From positions 1 through 38,615 of the IMG/VR virus record IMGVR_UViG_3300002461_000316: a stretch of 38,615 nucleotides of DNA; one strand, 5' to 3'. The notes under the pieces were generated by a model. That model saw only the letters and a program-made list of their open reading frames with translations, did not search any database and was not told the origin of the DNA. Shown here in pieces: positions 17,859-26,120 of this stretch. Every line of letters begins with the position of its first letter. Position 1 is the stretch's first letter. The position numbers and the translations under genes were made by a program. The DNA comes from a virus.

Positions 17859-18323
17859 TTAGCCACCCCGAGCCACGACGTACGCCCTTACCGTCACGGG
17901 ATTGACACCGCCCGTCTCTGTGATTCGAAACATCAAAAACGGGAAGTACGCCATTGCGGCATCGTCGAGCTTGAGGATGTACGAGCTTGTCCCTACGACC
18001 ATACCTGTGATGCGGTCCCCGAGACTGTGCAGGTTGTTAATGCCATCACGTGAGCCAAACACAGTGAGCCTGGCGGTGCCGGTGCCAGTGATGATGACGT
18101 GGGCCGTGCCCTCGGCGCGTCTAAGCTTGCGCATGTCGATCCACGGTGAATCAGAAGAAGCACTCGCGGCAACCGTCACAGTGGAGGCGTCGTCACCGAA
18201 CAACCAAGAAAAGTAGGCAGCCTCAAGGCCGACGTCGCCGTCGGTAACCCGAACATGAACGGATCCGTTCGTACCCTTAACCGCCATAGATCCGCCGCTA
18301 GGCCCATGCACCCCGATGTCCAT
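17859..18323 (-). CDS. Beta-rich 154-aa protein, possible capsid decoration/cement protein
   Basis: TAATG junction with the upstream gene. It is the second gene downstream of the major capsid gene. GC is lower (about 58%). The assignment is positional. Confidence 0.35.
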   Translation of the reverse strand: MDIGVHGPSGGSMAVKGTNGSVHVRVTDGDVGLEAAYFSWLFGDDASTVTVAASASSDSPWIDMRKLRRAEGTAHVIITGTGTARLTVFGSRDGINNLHSLGDRITGMVVGTSSYILKLDDAAMAYFPFLMFRITETGGVNPVTVRAYVVARGG

Positions 18324-18706
18324 TAGGCACCACCTTTCTTCGCGGCCTTCTTCGCAGCTCTCTTGATCGTGACCTCCGACTTCGGCTCGCCACTTTCGGG
18401 AGTGGTTTCGCCAATCCCCTGGTCGCCCGAGGGCGCCGGATCAACGACGTCACCACTTTGCGGCTGGATCTTCGCTACTTCCTTGGCCTCGAGGCGGACC
18501 CGCTCTGCCTCTGCCGCTTCTGCCGCCTCCTGCTCTGCCCGATCGCGCTCGGGCTGCCGCACCTCGGCCAGCGTCCGGCCGTCCTCGAGGACGATCGCCG
18601 CTTCGCCGTGCGTCTGTGCCAGCGCTTCCAGGTGTGCCTCCTGATCGCTCTCGCGGAGCTGGACCGGGATGAGGTCGCCGTACTTGCGGATGTGAACTAC
18701 GTGCAT
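18323..18706 (-). CDS. Hypothetical head-module protein, 127 aa, acidic centre and Lys/Ala-rich tail
   Basis: ATG at 18706 with AGGAGA SD. AEQEAAEAAEAERVRLEAKE ... KRAAKKAAKKGGA. Confidence 0.5.
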   Translation of the reverse strand: MHVVHIRKYGDLIPVQLRESDQEAHLEALAQTHGEAAIVLEDGRTLAEVRQPERDRAEQEAAEAAEAERVRLEAKEVAKIQPQSGDVVDPAPSGDQGIGETTPESGEPKSEVTIKRAAKKAAKKGGA

Positions 18707-18723
18707 GGCGCTGTCTCCTGAGA

Positions 18724-18745
18724 TCCCGGGGGCATGCGCCCCCGG
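18724..18745 (-). terminator. GC-rich hairpin immediately after the major capsid gene
   Basis: cccgggggc (18724-18732) pairs with gcccccggg (18737-18745) around a 4-nt loop. It lies 10 nt downstream of the capsid stop. There is no clear U-tract, so it may act as an attenuator or RNA stabiliser rather than a full terminator. Confidence 0.45.
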
Positions 18746-18755
18746 GGTGTCGCCG

Positions 18756-19826
18756 TTAGGCGATGGCGAAGACCGACTGCGCGTTCGCGCGACCCATGGT
18801 CACGGCACCGCGCCACGTCAGACCCCAGTACCACTCGTAGCGGTCATAAGCCCGCGGCGGCTTGCGGGTGATCATGTCCTGGCCGTTGAGCGGACGCAGC
18901 TTCAGGAAGTTCAGGTTGAGCATGTAGGCACGCTTCAACCACGACGTCGCCGCCCCCGTGAGAGCCTGCAGGTCGTCGAACTTCGGGTTCCAGACGATCG
19001 GAACACCGTGGAACGACATCGACTCGGTGCCCATGTCGATCGACTTGGCGAACGGGGCGTTGCTGTACGACATGCCGCCGCCGGCGCCGTAGGTGCGCAG
19101 CATGAAGCCACGCAGGCCGTCGATAAAGTCACCGCCGGCCTCGATGAACGCCGGGCGCCCACCGTTGCGGATGTTGTAGCGCCAGCCGATCTCCATCGTG
19201 TCGAGCACGTTGCCCGTGGTCGTGGTGACGGTCAGGCCCGTGACGCCGTAGTTGCGCCAGTACTCGTTGCCGGACGTGGCGCGGTTGATGCCACCGACGA
19301 TGCCGGTCGTGGGCGTGGTCGACACCAACGCGTCGACCCCGGTGATGGCGTCGGGCGACTGCGTGCCGTCCAGGTGGATGGCGCGACAGAATGCGTCGAG
19401 GAAGCCCTCGCGAAGCGCGGTCGACTGCTCTTCGATGAGGTTGGTCAACGACACCATCTCGTCGGCGGAAGCGTTGCCGCGCTGGGCGTTGTCGTCGGTG
19501 ACGCTGATGCCGTTCTGCAGCAGGCGATCCTCGTCCAGGGCGAAGCCGTCGTGCGCGGAGCGCCAGGCGTAGTTGGCCTGTTCGATGGTCTGCCGGCGGT
19601 TGAACGTGACGATCTGCGCCCCGTTGAACCACTGGAAATTGCTCTGGTAGCGAGCGCGAAGCTGCTCGACGATGAACTGCTTGGCACCGGGTGCGCTCTT
19701 CTTGCGCGAGCTCAGTGCGTTGAAGAGGGGATCTTCGGTCTTGACCTGGTCGATCGGGTTGTTGCGCAGGTAGTAGTCGAGGCCGATTTTTCCGGCGTCG
19801 GCCACCTCTTGAGAGGTGAATGGCAT
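18756..19826 (-). CDS. Major capsid protein, 356 aa
   Basis: Position after portal and scaffold. GGAGG SD. Followed by a strong hairpin. Size is typical of HK97-fold capsid proteins. Confidence 0.7.
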   Translation of the reverse strand: MPFTSQEVADAGKIGLDYYLRNNPIDQVKTEDPLFNALSSRKKSAPGAKQFIVEQLRARYQSNFQWFNGAQIVTFNRRQTIEQANYAWRSAHDGFALDEDRLLQNGISVTDDNAQRGNASADEMVSLTNLIEEQSTALREGFLDAFCRAIHLDGTQSPDAITGVDALVSTTPTTGIVGGINRATSGNEYWRNYGVTGLTVTTTTGNVLDTMEIGWRYNIRNGGRPAFIEAGGDFIDGLRGFMLRTYGAGGGMSYSNAPFAKSIDMGTESMSFHGVPIVWNPKFDDLQALTGAATSWLKRAYMLNLNFLKLRPLNGQDMITRKPPRAYDRYEWYWGLTWRGAVTMGRANAQSVFAIA

Positions 19827-19830
19827 GAGA

Positions 19831-19888
19831 GCCTCCGTGGTCGTGGTGAGAGTCCATGCACTGGTGAGGTGCCGTACACCACGGAGGC
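19831..19888 (-). promoter_or_regulatory. 11-bp perfect stem-loop in the scaffold-capsid intergenic region, covering the capsid SD
   Basis: gcctccgtggt (19831-19841) pairs with accacggaggc (19878-19888). In the minus-sense mRNA the 3' arm ACCACGGAGGC contains the GGAGG 5 nt upstream of the capsid ATG (19826). Confidence 0.6.
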
Positions 19889-19930
19889 GAACCCGTTTAC
19901 GCCGCGGAGCCGATCCCGCTTACTGGCGAC

Positions 19931-21172
19931 TTACTGGGTGCTGCCAAGGCCTCGTGAGATGGCCTCGAGCATGGAACCTGGCGCGGCTGGGCCGGGTCGC
20001 ATTCCACCTCTGGGACGAAGCCCGCCGTCATTCTTTGGCGCCGTTGGCTGTCGAGTGCCCGCTGGGATCTGGATGGTGTCATACGCCATCTGGATCGCGG
20101 CCACCCAGTCCTTCGGCTGAAAACGGGTGACGATGTCCTTCATCCGTCCCGCGAGTATATCGGCCTTCTGCGAGAATTGCGGGTCATCGGCATGCATCTT
20201 CCGGTTCCACTTCGCGATGTCCTCGAGCCCCTGCTCCCTTTCCTGGTGGTACGCCTGCTCGCGCTCCTGCTGCTCGCGCGCCGCACGGTCCTGCGCCTCG
20301 TGCCTGGCAGCGAGCGATCGTGCCTTGACGACCTCGAGCGCGGCCGCCCGGGACATGTCACCGTCCTCAACCTGCTGCTGCAAGTCTTGGTGCTCGGCGA
20401 GCGGATCGTAGCCAGGTGCCTCGCGCCCCGCCTGCTTGAGCAGCACGGCACGCCGGGAGTCCAGCCACTCGAGCGCGGCGTCGACATTCCCGCTCTTGAA
20501 CTGGTAGTTGAAGTCGAGCAGATGCGCGAGATCGTCCTCCGTGGTGTGCGTCTGCTTGAGCACCCCGATGATCGATTCGCGAGCCTGGCTCAGTTGCGTG
20601 TTGACCTGGGAGAGCTCCTCGACGCGAGACTCGACCGCCTTGGCGTGCTTGTGGAGCTCGTGGAAGCGGCCGATCGCGCGGGGCGAGAGATTCCGCTTGT
20701 CCTCGGCGGTTAGCTGAAAGTCGTCGGCTTTGGCCGACTTCGTTTCTCCCAACGGTTCAGGCGCCTTGCCATCCGGCGCGTCGCCGTTGGCAGGTTTTCC
20801 GTCGGCAGCCTTTCCTTCGCCAGTTCCTGCAGCTGCTGCCTTACTGCCGCTTTTATCACTACCTCCAGTTGCTCCAGGCTCAGCGTCACTCGCTCGAGCG
20901 AGTCCCTCCTCGATGGCGGCTCGCATTCCATCGGCTGGGTCGACGGGCTTCTTTGCATCGCTGCCGTCACCACCAGCACCACGATCGTCAGCACCGCCAG
21001 CACCACCAGCACGATCGCCTGCAGCGGCATCGCCTCCTTGATCTCCGCTGCCACTGCCAGCATCACCATCGCCGAGATCGCCATCGCTACCATTGCCCAC
21101 ACCACTCGAGCCCGCGTCATGCCCGTCTCCCTCGATCGGCTTTTGAACGTAGAACCTCATCCACCACGGCAT
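19931..21172 (-). CDS. Scaffolding-like protein, 413 aa
   Basis: Lies between portal and capsid (TGATG junction with the portal stop). Has a Gly/Asp/Ala-rich acidic N-terminal third, then a long charged helical region (EELSQVNTQLSQARESI..., AREQQEREQAYHQEREQ). Confidence 0.55.
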   Translation of the reverse strand: MPWWMRFYVQKPIEGDGHDAGSSGVGNGSDGDLGDGDAGSGSGDQGGDAAAGDRAGGAGGADDRGAGGDGSDAKKPVDPADGMRAAIEEGLARASDAEPGATGGSDKSGSKAAAAGTGEGKAADGKPANGDAPDGKAPEPLGETKSAKADDFQLTAEDKRNLSPRAIGRFHELHKHAKAVESRVEELSQVNTQLSQARESIIGVLKQTHTTEDDLAHLLDFNYQFKSGNVDAALEWLDSRRAVLLKQAGREAPGYDPLAEHQDLQQQVEDGDMSRAAALEVVKARSLAARHEAQDRAAREQQEREQAYHQEREQGLEDIAKWNRKMHADDPQFSQKADILAGRMKDIVTRFQPKDWVAAIQMAYDTIQIPAGTRQPTAPKNDGGLRPRGGMRPGPAAPGSMLEAISRGLGSTQ

Positions 21173-23457
21173 CACTGCCCCCTGTTTTCCGCGCTCGGCT
21201 CAGGTTTCGGTCGTCCGCCGGCGTTGAGCGCGGTCTTGCCGTCGACGACGTTCTGGATCACAAGGGACGCGCCATCGATCAGCTCGCCCATCGCACCAGG
21301 AACACCATGCGTCCCGGGCACCACTCCCAGGCGCGAGATGAGATCGACGGCCGCTTTGATCAGCATCGACCTCATCTGGATTTCTGCATCGGCTGCCGCC
21401 TTCGCTTCGTCAGCGGCACGCTTGTTCTCGATCTCGGCGAGCTTCGCCTGCTCCTGCATCTTGGCCCTCTCGAGATCGGCCTGACACTGCTGGTAGGCCT
21501 CCTGCAGCTGCGCCATCTGCGCCTGCATCTCCTGCAGTTGCTGCATCAGCTGGGCGGTGTCCTGCTCGCCACCCTGGCCTGCCTGGCGCGGGATGAAGCG
21601 ATCAATGTCGAGTCTCTCGTCGAAGCGTCGCAGCGTCTCCTTCAGGAGCTCGATCTGGGCGTTCGCCATGTCGGGCTGGCCAGCCACACGCAGCTCGGCG
21701 ACCTGCCCCATGCCCTCCTTGAGCGCCGGCATGATCGCCGCCCAGTCCTCGCGCTCTTTCGCCTGGTTGGGCTTGCCGGAAGAGCCGGCGCGGACCTTGA
21801 CGCGGATCTGGTGCCAGATCTCGGGGTCGGCGCGCTCGGGCCACTCTGCGCCCTCGCCGACGATCTCGCGCACCTCGATCAGGGTGAACTTCTGCAACAT
21901 GATCTGCAGCGCCGCCTCGGCCATCTCGGACACCATGTCCTCGATCGCATCCTGGCGCTCGGCCACCCGGTTGGCGAGCGACTGCGCCATGATCTGCGCC
22001 TCGGTCGCCGTCTTCGCCTGGATGAGACTGGCACGCGATGCATCGGACAGGCCGACCATCATGTCCATGTCGTTGCGGATCAGCGTGACATCGTATGCAG
22101 CAGGATCGATCGTGATCCCGTCGAGCTGCATGATGTCGTTGTTGACCGGCGTCGCCGGGTTGCCCGACACGCCGTACCAGCCGCGCGCCTTGCGGTGCGC
22201 CAGGGCGTCGATCTCGTCCTCCTCGAGCTCGCCTCCCTTGCGGTAGACGCGCACCGGGATCGCTTCCTTGCGCGCCTCGGCGTAGAGGTATCGCGTGTGG
22301 TTGTACTCCTCCTGCAGATGCAGCAGCAGCTCCACGTCGCTGATCGGGCGCCAGCGTCCCTCCACGATGTTGAAGCCCAGCGCGTACAGGGCATGCCAGC
22401 GCTTGGGCATGGCGCTCGGGACGTAGGGCTCGCGGGCGTACGCGTGCGCTCCCTCGCAGATCGTGTAGACGCGCCCGTCGCGCATCGACCAGATCTCCCA
22501 GACCCGGCGATAGGCTTCCTTGCCGGTGCCGCCGCGCTGCGCCTCCCGGTTGCCGTCCGGCCCCATGTCATGCTCGAGGCCGCTGATGCGCGCGGGCGGG
22601 AAGTGCTTCGACCCCTTCCAGGGCTTGCGCCCGTACCTCGCCCGGTACTCGGAGTCGGACATGTACACGCCCATGGCGAGCTCGCCGGCGTTCTCGTAGT
22701 CCTCAAACTCGACCACGTCCTCGTCGAGGATGCGAACGTCCTCGGTGCGGCAGCGGTCGATGACGAAGCCCTTGAACACCTTGAGCTCCTCGGACTGCAG
22801 CACGCCGTCACGCTGATTGATGAGCTCCTGGCGCAGGCGCTGCTGCTCCTCGAGGTCGGTGGATGCCTTGAGCTGGCTGTTGGTCGCCTCGATGCGCGCG
22901 AGGTTGTCTTGGATGTCGTTGATGCGGCGCACGAGCAGCGGGTCACCCGAGTACTGCTCCTGCCAGCCCATCTTGAGCCAGCCCACGCTCGTCGTCATCG
23001 CGGCCCTGATGTTGGCCTTCATGCGCTTCTTGAGCTTGCCCTCCTCGACGAAGCAGCGATTGAGCAGCGCCTGGGCAGTCTCGCAGAACGCCTTGATCTT
23101 GTCGTACTCGCCGTCGCCGACAGACTCGACCGGGGTGACCGCGATCTCGGGGTTGCGCGCGTAGATGTGCGGCAGCAGCGTGGCCATCGTCGCGAAGACC
23201 AGGTTGGTTCGCACCGTCGCCATGCCGGCCTGCGAGAGCGCCGCCTCGGATGCATCGGCCTCGTTGGCGGACTTGATGCCGTAGGCGATCTGGCGCAGCC
23301 GCGGCAGCGTCTTCTCGTCGTAGTCCTTGCGGGCCTGGCCGGCGCGGTCGATGCGCTCGAGCAGAGATCGGCAGTGCGCCTGCTCCTCGGCAGAGACGCT
23401 CTCGATCGGCTCGTAGGTCGGATCTTCCTGCCGCTGCTGCTTCGCTGCTTTCGCCAT
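21172..23457 (-). CDS. Portal protein, 761 aa
   Basis: Size, position upstream of scaffold and capsid, and a C-terminal coiled-coil/charged tail (QLMQQLQEMQAQMAQLQEAYQQ). Confidence 0.7.
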   Translation of the reverse strand: MAKAAKQQRQEDPTYEPIESVSAEEQAHCRSLLERIDRAGQARKDYDEKTLPRLRQIAYGIKSANEADASEAALSQAGMATVRTNLVFATMATLLPHIYARNPEIAVTPVESVGDGEYDKIKAFCETAQALLNRCFVEEGKLKKRMKANIRAAMTTSVGWLKMGWQEQYSGDPLLVRRINDIQDNLARIEATNSQLKASTDLEEQQRLRQELINQRDGVLQSEELKVFKGFVIDRCRTEDVRILDEDVVEFEDYENAGELAMGVYMSDSEYRARYGRKPWKGSKHFPPARISGLEHDMGPDGNREAQRGGTGKEAYRRVWEIWSMRDGRVYTICEGAHAYAREPYVPSAMPKRWHALYALGFNIVEGRWRPISDVELLLHLQEEYNHTRYLYAEARKEAIPVRVYRKGGELEEDEIDALAHRKARGWYGVSGNPATPVNNDIMQLDGITIDPAAYDVTLIRNDMDMMVGLSDASRASLIQAKTATEAQIMAQSLANRVAERQDAIEDMVSEMAEAALQIMLQKFTLIEVREIVGEGAEWPERADPEIWHQIRVKVRAGSSGKPNQAKEREDWAAIMPALKEGMGQVAELRVAGQPDMANAQIELLKETLRRFDERLDIDRFIPRQAGQGGEQDTAQLMQQLQEMQAQMAQLQEAYQQCQADLERAKMQEQAKLAEIENKRAADEAKAAADAEIQMRSMLIKAAVDLISRLGVVPGTHGVPGAMGELIDGASLVIQNVVDGKTALNAGGRPKPEPSAENRGQ

Positions 23458-23526
23458 GCTGCACCTGTGAGAAGGGGCAGTCAGCGTTGTGAGCGCTGCT
23501 GCCCCATCGTGGATCGGCTGGTCGGG

Positions 23527-23853
23527 TTACGCCGCCTTGGCGGCATGCTCGGGCTGCGGGATGATCACTGCGTGGCCATCGCGCACGTTGCGGTTCCACC
23601 CCACCATGACGCCCTGGACGTAGGCGAGCGCCATGTCGTCCTTGTTCTGGTCCTCGATCGCCACAGGCGAGATCGAGCGATCCATCGTGTCCTGGTTGAG
23701 CGAGCGACGATCGCGGTACGAGAGCACGATCGCCTGCGGCTTGCTGCCGTAGCGGGTGACGTAGTCTTGGATCAGGTTGCTGACCCCGTCGAAGGTCAGC
23801 GACGCCGTGAAGGGCTCGAGCGTCGCTGCCTTCTTGAGCGTGTCGCCTAGCAT
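23527..23853 (-). CDS. Hypothetical protein, 108 aa
   Basis: ATG at 23853. High third-position GC. No recognised motif. Confidence 0.5.
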   Translation of the reverse strand: MLGDTLKKAATLEPFTASLTFDGVSNLIQDYVTRYGSKPQAIVLSYRDRRSLNQDTMDRSISPVAIEDQNKDDMALAYVQGVMVGWNRNVRDGHAVIIPQPEHAAKAA

Positions 23854-23860
23854 CGGTCGG

Positions 23861-24448
23861 CTAGGCGATCAGGCCGCCAATCGCGCTGCCGCTCGTGTAG
23901 GCCGAGCAGCGCATCGTCATGTAGCGGGCGAGCGCGACCTCGACCTTCACCGAGCCGCCGCCAACCGCGCCGAACGCCGGGATGGCGATCTCGCCGGACA
24001 TCAGCGCATCCGCGAAGCCGGCAACCGGCGCGCTGGCCGAGCTGGTGTAGTAGTGCTGCGTCGCGTCGATCGAGTCCGCTTTCTCGAATACGATCGTGCC
24101 GACGAACACGGCTGCCGCTCCGAGGTCGGAAGCCCACGCCACGGCGCTATGCCCGGGCAGGAAGGGCGACTCGTCGCAGATGACCGACACGGTGGCGGTG
24201 CCGCCGAAGGTGCCGTTGCCGACAGAGCCGTTGAGCGCGGCCGTGGTGGCGGCGACTGCGCGCAGGGTCCACTCGCCGTTCATTGCCAAAAGACCAGTCA
24301 CACCGGCGATGGCGAGACGAGATCCGTTGCGCTGCCGGTGGCCCGCGGTGAGGGTGGCAACGATCGGGGTGGCGTTGGTGCCGCCTGTGATCAACACGCC
24401 GCGCGTCGCGCCGGACACGGACCCGAGAGACTTGATCTTGTTCGACAT
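23861..24448 (-). CDS. Hypothetical Gly/Thr/Ala-rich beta protein, 195 aa
   Basis: AAGGAG SD lies 7 nt upstream of ATG 24448 (ATG 24454 is too close to the SD). SLGSVSGATRGVLITGGTNATPIVATLTAGHR...NGEWTL. The long 315-aa track ORF is an upstream extension. Confidence 0.5.
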   Translation of the reverse strand: MSNKIKSLGSVSGATRGVLITGGTNATPIVATLTAGHRQRNGSRLAIAGVTGLLAMNGEWTLRAVAATTAALNGSVGNGTFGGTATVSVICDESPFLPGHSAVAWASDLGAAAVFVGTIVFEKADSIDATQHYYTSSASAPVAGFADALMSGEIAIPAFGAVGGGSVKVEVALARYMTMRCSAYTSGSAIGGLIA

Positions 24449-24585
24449 CGTCATACTCCTTGAGGAGAGAGGCCCCTCTGCCCGCAGGAAGATGGCGATC
24501 CTGCTGCGCCCGTGGATCTCAGTCGTCGGCCCACGTCGACGTGAGAACCAAGCGTAGCGTATTGCAGCGAGAATGCACCTCCCGG

Positions 24586-24873
24586 CTATACCGGGAACAT
24601 GTACTGCGCCAGGTCGGGGTCGTCGGGGTCGACCGGTGCGAGGTACACGCGCCACAGGCGCTGCCCGCGGTAGACGTAGTCGAGATCGGGCGGGCACGCG
24701 TGCGGGTACTCGTCGAGGCGGACCACGCGCGCCGGCGTCTTCGGCAGCCTGCAGCCGTTCTCGCCCTGGATCTGGACGATCTCGCCGACGGTGAGCCGGT
24801 TGGCCCACTTGTCGCTGCGCAAGGTGATGAGCGGCAGCCGGCCGGGGTCGTGGGAGAAGCCCATCACCCGCAT
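24586..24873 (-). CDS. Hypothetical protein, about 95 aa
   Basis: ATG at 24873 (or 24864) overlaps the stop of the Tat-signal gene. No recognised motif. Confidence 0.45.
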   Translation of the reverse strand: MRVMGFSHDPGRLPLITLRSDKWANRLTVGEIVQIQGENGCRLPKTPARVVRLDEYPHACPPDLDYVYRGQRLWRVYLAPVDPDDPDLAQYMFPV

Positions 24874-25100
24874 GACGGGTACTCGACTGGGATCGTCTCG
24901 TCGAGCCACTGGTGCGGCGCCCGCTCGGGATCGATCACGCTGAAGCCCGAGTAGTACCCGATCGCCATCTTGCCCATCTGCTCGATCTCGGCAGCGGTGA
25001 AGCCGGACATCAGCGACGGCGCAGGCTCGAGCTCGATCGCCGGGGCCTTCGGAGCGAGCGCGGCAGCGACCATGCCGCCCAGGAAGGCGCGGCGCTTCAT
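24864..25100 (-). CDS. Small exported protein with twin-arginine (Tat) signal peptide, 78 aa
   Basis: MKRRAFLGGMVAAALAPKAPA-IELE: an RRxFLG twin-arginine motif, a hydrophobic h-region and an A-x-A cleavage site. AGGTGA SD. Confidence 0.6.
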   Translation of the reverse strand: MKRRAFLGGMVAAALAPKAPAIELEPAPSLMSGFTAAEIEQMGKMAIGYYSGFSVIDPERAPHQWLDETIPVEYPSCG

Positions 25101-25194
25101 GGCTTCACCTGCACGAGCGTGACGACGTACACGTCCCCGTTGATCGACACCATGTCGCCGTCGTCCAGCTCCCTGGACGTCGTGAACGTCGCCG

Positions 25195-25653
25195 CTACCT
25201 GCCCCGCCAGTCTGTCTCGTCCCAGGCGAGCTTGCCGAGGTTGCAGTGGCTGCAGAGGACTTGCAGGTTGTCCAGGCTCAGGGCAAGGTGCGGATACCGG
25301 CTGCGCGGCTTGATGTGGTCCACGTGCAAGGCTGCCGTTGGCGTAGGCCGCGATCCGCAGCACTGGCACCTCCCACTCGAGCGGAGCAGGGCCTTGTATC
25401 GGATCACCCGCCATGCGGCGCTCGTGTAGAAGTCCGCGGGCGAGTGCGACGGTGCGCTGGATGTCCATGGAGAGCCAGTGAGGGACTCGGCACATGGCTG
25501 GGTCGCAGCGCCCCACGTCCCGCAGGTCGGCCGCCGCAGCCGCGGGCCGAAGAGCAGAGCGCTGAGATCGGACAGGAAGCTCAAGGGGATCGAAGCCCAG
25601 GCCACGGGGGCCTCGATCATGCAGCTGCGACACCCGCTCGGCAAGGCGCGCAC
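25195..25653 (-). CDS. HNH endonuclease (start uncertain: GTG 25653 or ATG 25620)
   Basis: C-terminus: RCQCCGSRPTPTAALHVDHIKPRSRYPHLALSLDNLQVLCSHCNLGK. This shows CxxC ... HVDH ... N ... CxxC/HxxN, the classic HNH layout of terminase-associated endonucleases. Confidence 0.75.
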   Translation of the reverse strand: MRALPSGCRSCMIEAPVAWASIPLSFLSDLSALLFGPRLRRPTCGTWGAATQPCAESLTGSPWTSSAPSHSPADFYTSAAWRVIRYKALLRSSGRCQCCGSRPTPTAALHVDHIKPRSRYPHLALSLDNLQVLCSHCNLGKLAWDETDWRGR

Positions 25654-25665
25654 GACTGTGCGTGT

Positions 25666-26067
25666 TTACCCTCGCCACGGCTCTCCCCCCAGCTTGTGGC
25701 GCAGCAAGGCGTCGAGCCTGGGGTCGACATACGCCTGGCGCTCCGGGTCGCCGGCGTTGCGACCGAATGCCTCGGCGATCGGGGAGGCAAGCGGATCGTC
25801 CCGGTCCTGGCCCATCAACCACTGCAGCGCCAGCTCGATCGTGTACTCGAGCCCCTCGCGCGCCAGGCGCAGCGCCGTCTCAAAGTTGGGCGCCTGCACG
25901 ACGATGCAGTTGCCAGCGAAGAGCGCACCCTTGACGTACTCGAGGCCGCGGTAGCCCTGGATCGTGAACATCCAGAGCTTGTAGCGCGAGAGCTGACGCT
26001 CGAGCGTGACGCCGCGGTCCTTCAGCTCGACGAGCTCGTCCATCGACAGGATGGCCCGGCGCAGCAC
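25666..26067 (-). CDS. Hypothetical protein downstream of terL (start uncertain: GTG 26067 or ATG 26043)
   Basis: The frame is coding-like through ...LVLRRAILSMDELVELKDRGVTLERQLSRYKLWMFTIQGYRGLEYV.... The 294-aa track ORF would overlap terL. Confidence 0.45.
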   Translation of the reverse strand: MLRRAILSMDELVELKDRGVTLERQLSRYKLWMFTIQGYRGLEYVKGALFAGNCIVVQAPNFETALRLAREGLEYTIELALQWLMGQDRDDPLASPIAEAFGRNAGDPERQAYVDPRLDALLRHKLGGEPWRG

Positions 26068-26120
26068 CAGCTCCTGCTCGATTCGCTCGACCTCGCGCTG
26101 CGCCTCGACCGCTTCTGGCG

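Noticed and set aside
20869-23850. 993-aa plus-strand ORF antisense to the portal gene. Similar long antisense ORFs occur at 4266..6890, 8967..10589, 9922..11637, 15146..16447, 18705..20120 and 26124..28415 (plus strand) and 34423..35778 (minus strand).
   Set aside because: These are shadow ORFs typical of high-GC DNA. They share wobble positions with the real gene on the other strand. Their translations are Arg/Gly/Leu/His-rich and low-complexity, lack SD sequences, and overlap recognisable genes (portal, giant protein, terminases, capsid, exonuclease).
25097-25153. 18-codon micro-ORF (MVSINGDVYVVTLVQVKP) whose stop overlaps the ATG of the Tat-signal gene (ATGA).
   Set aside because: It is too short and lacks a properly spaced SD. 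It may be a coupling uORF, but this cannot be supported from sequence alone.
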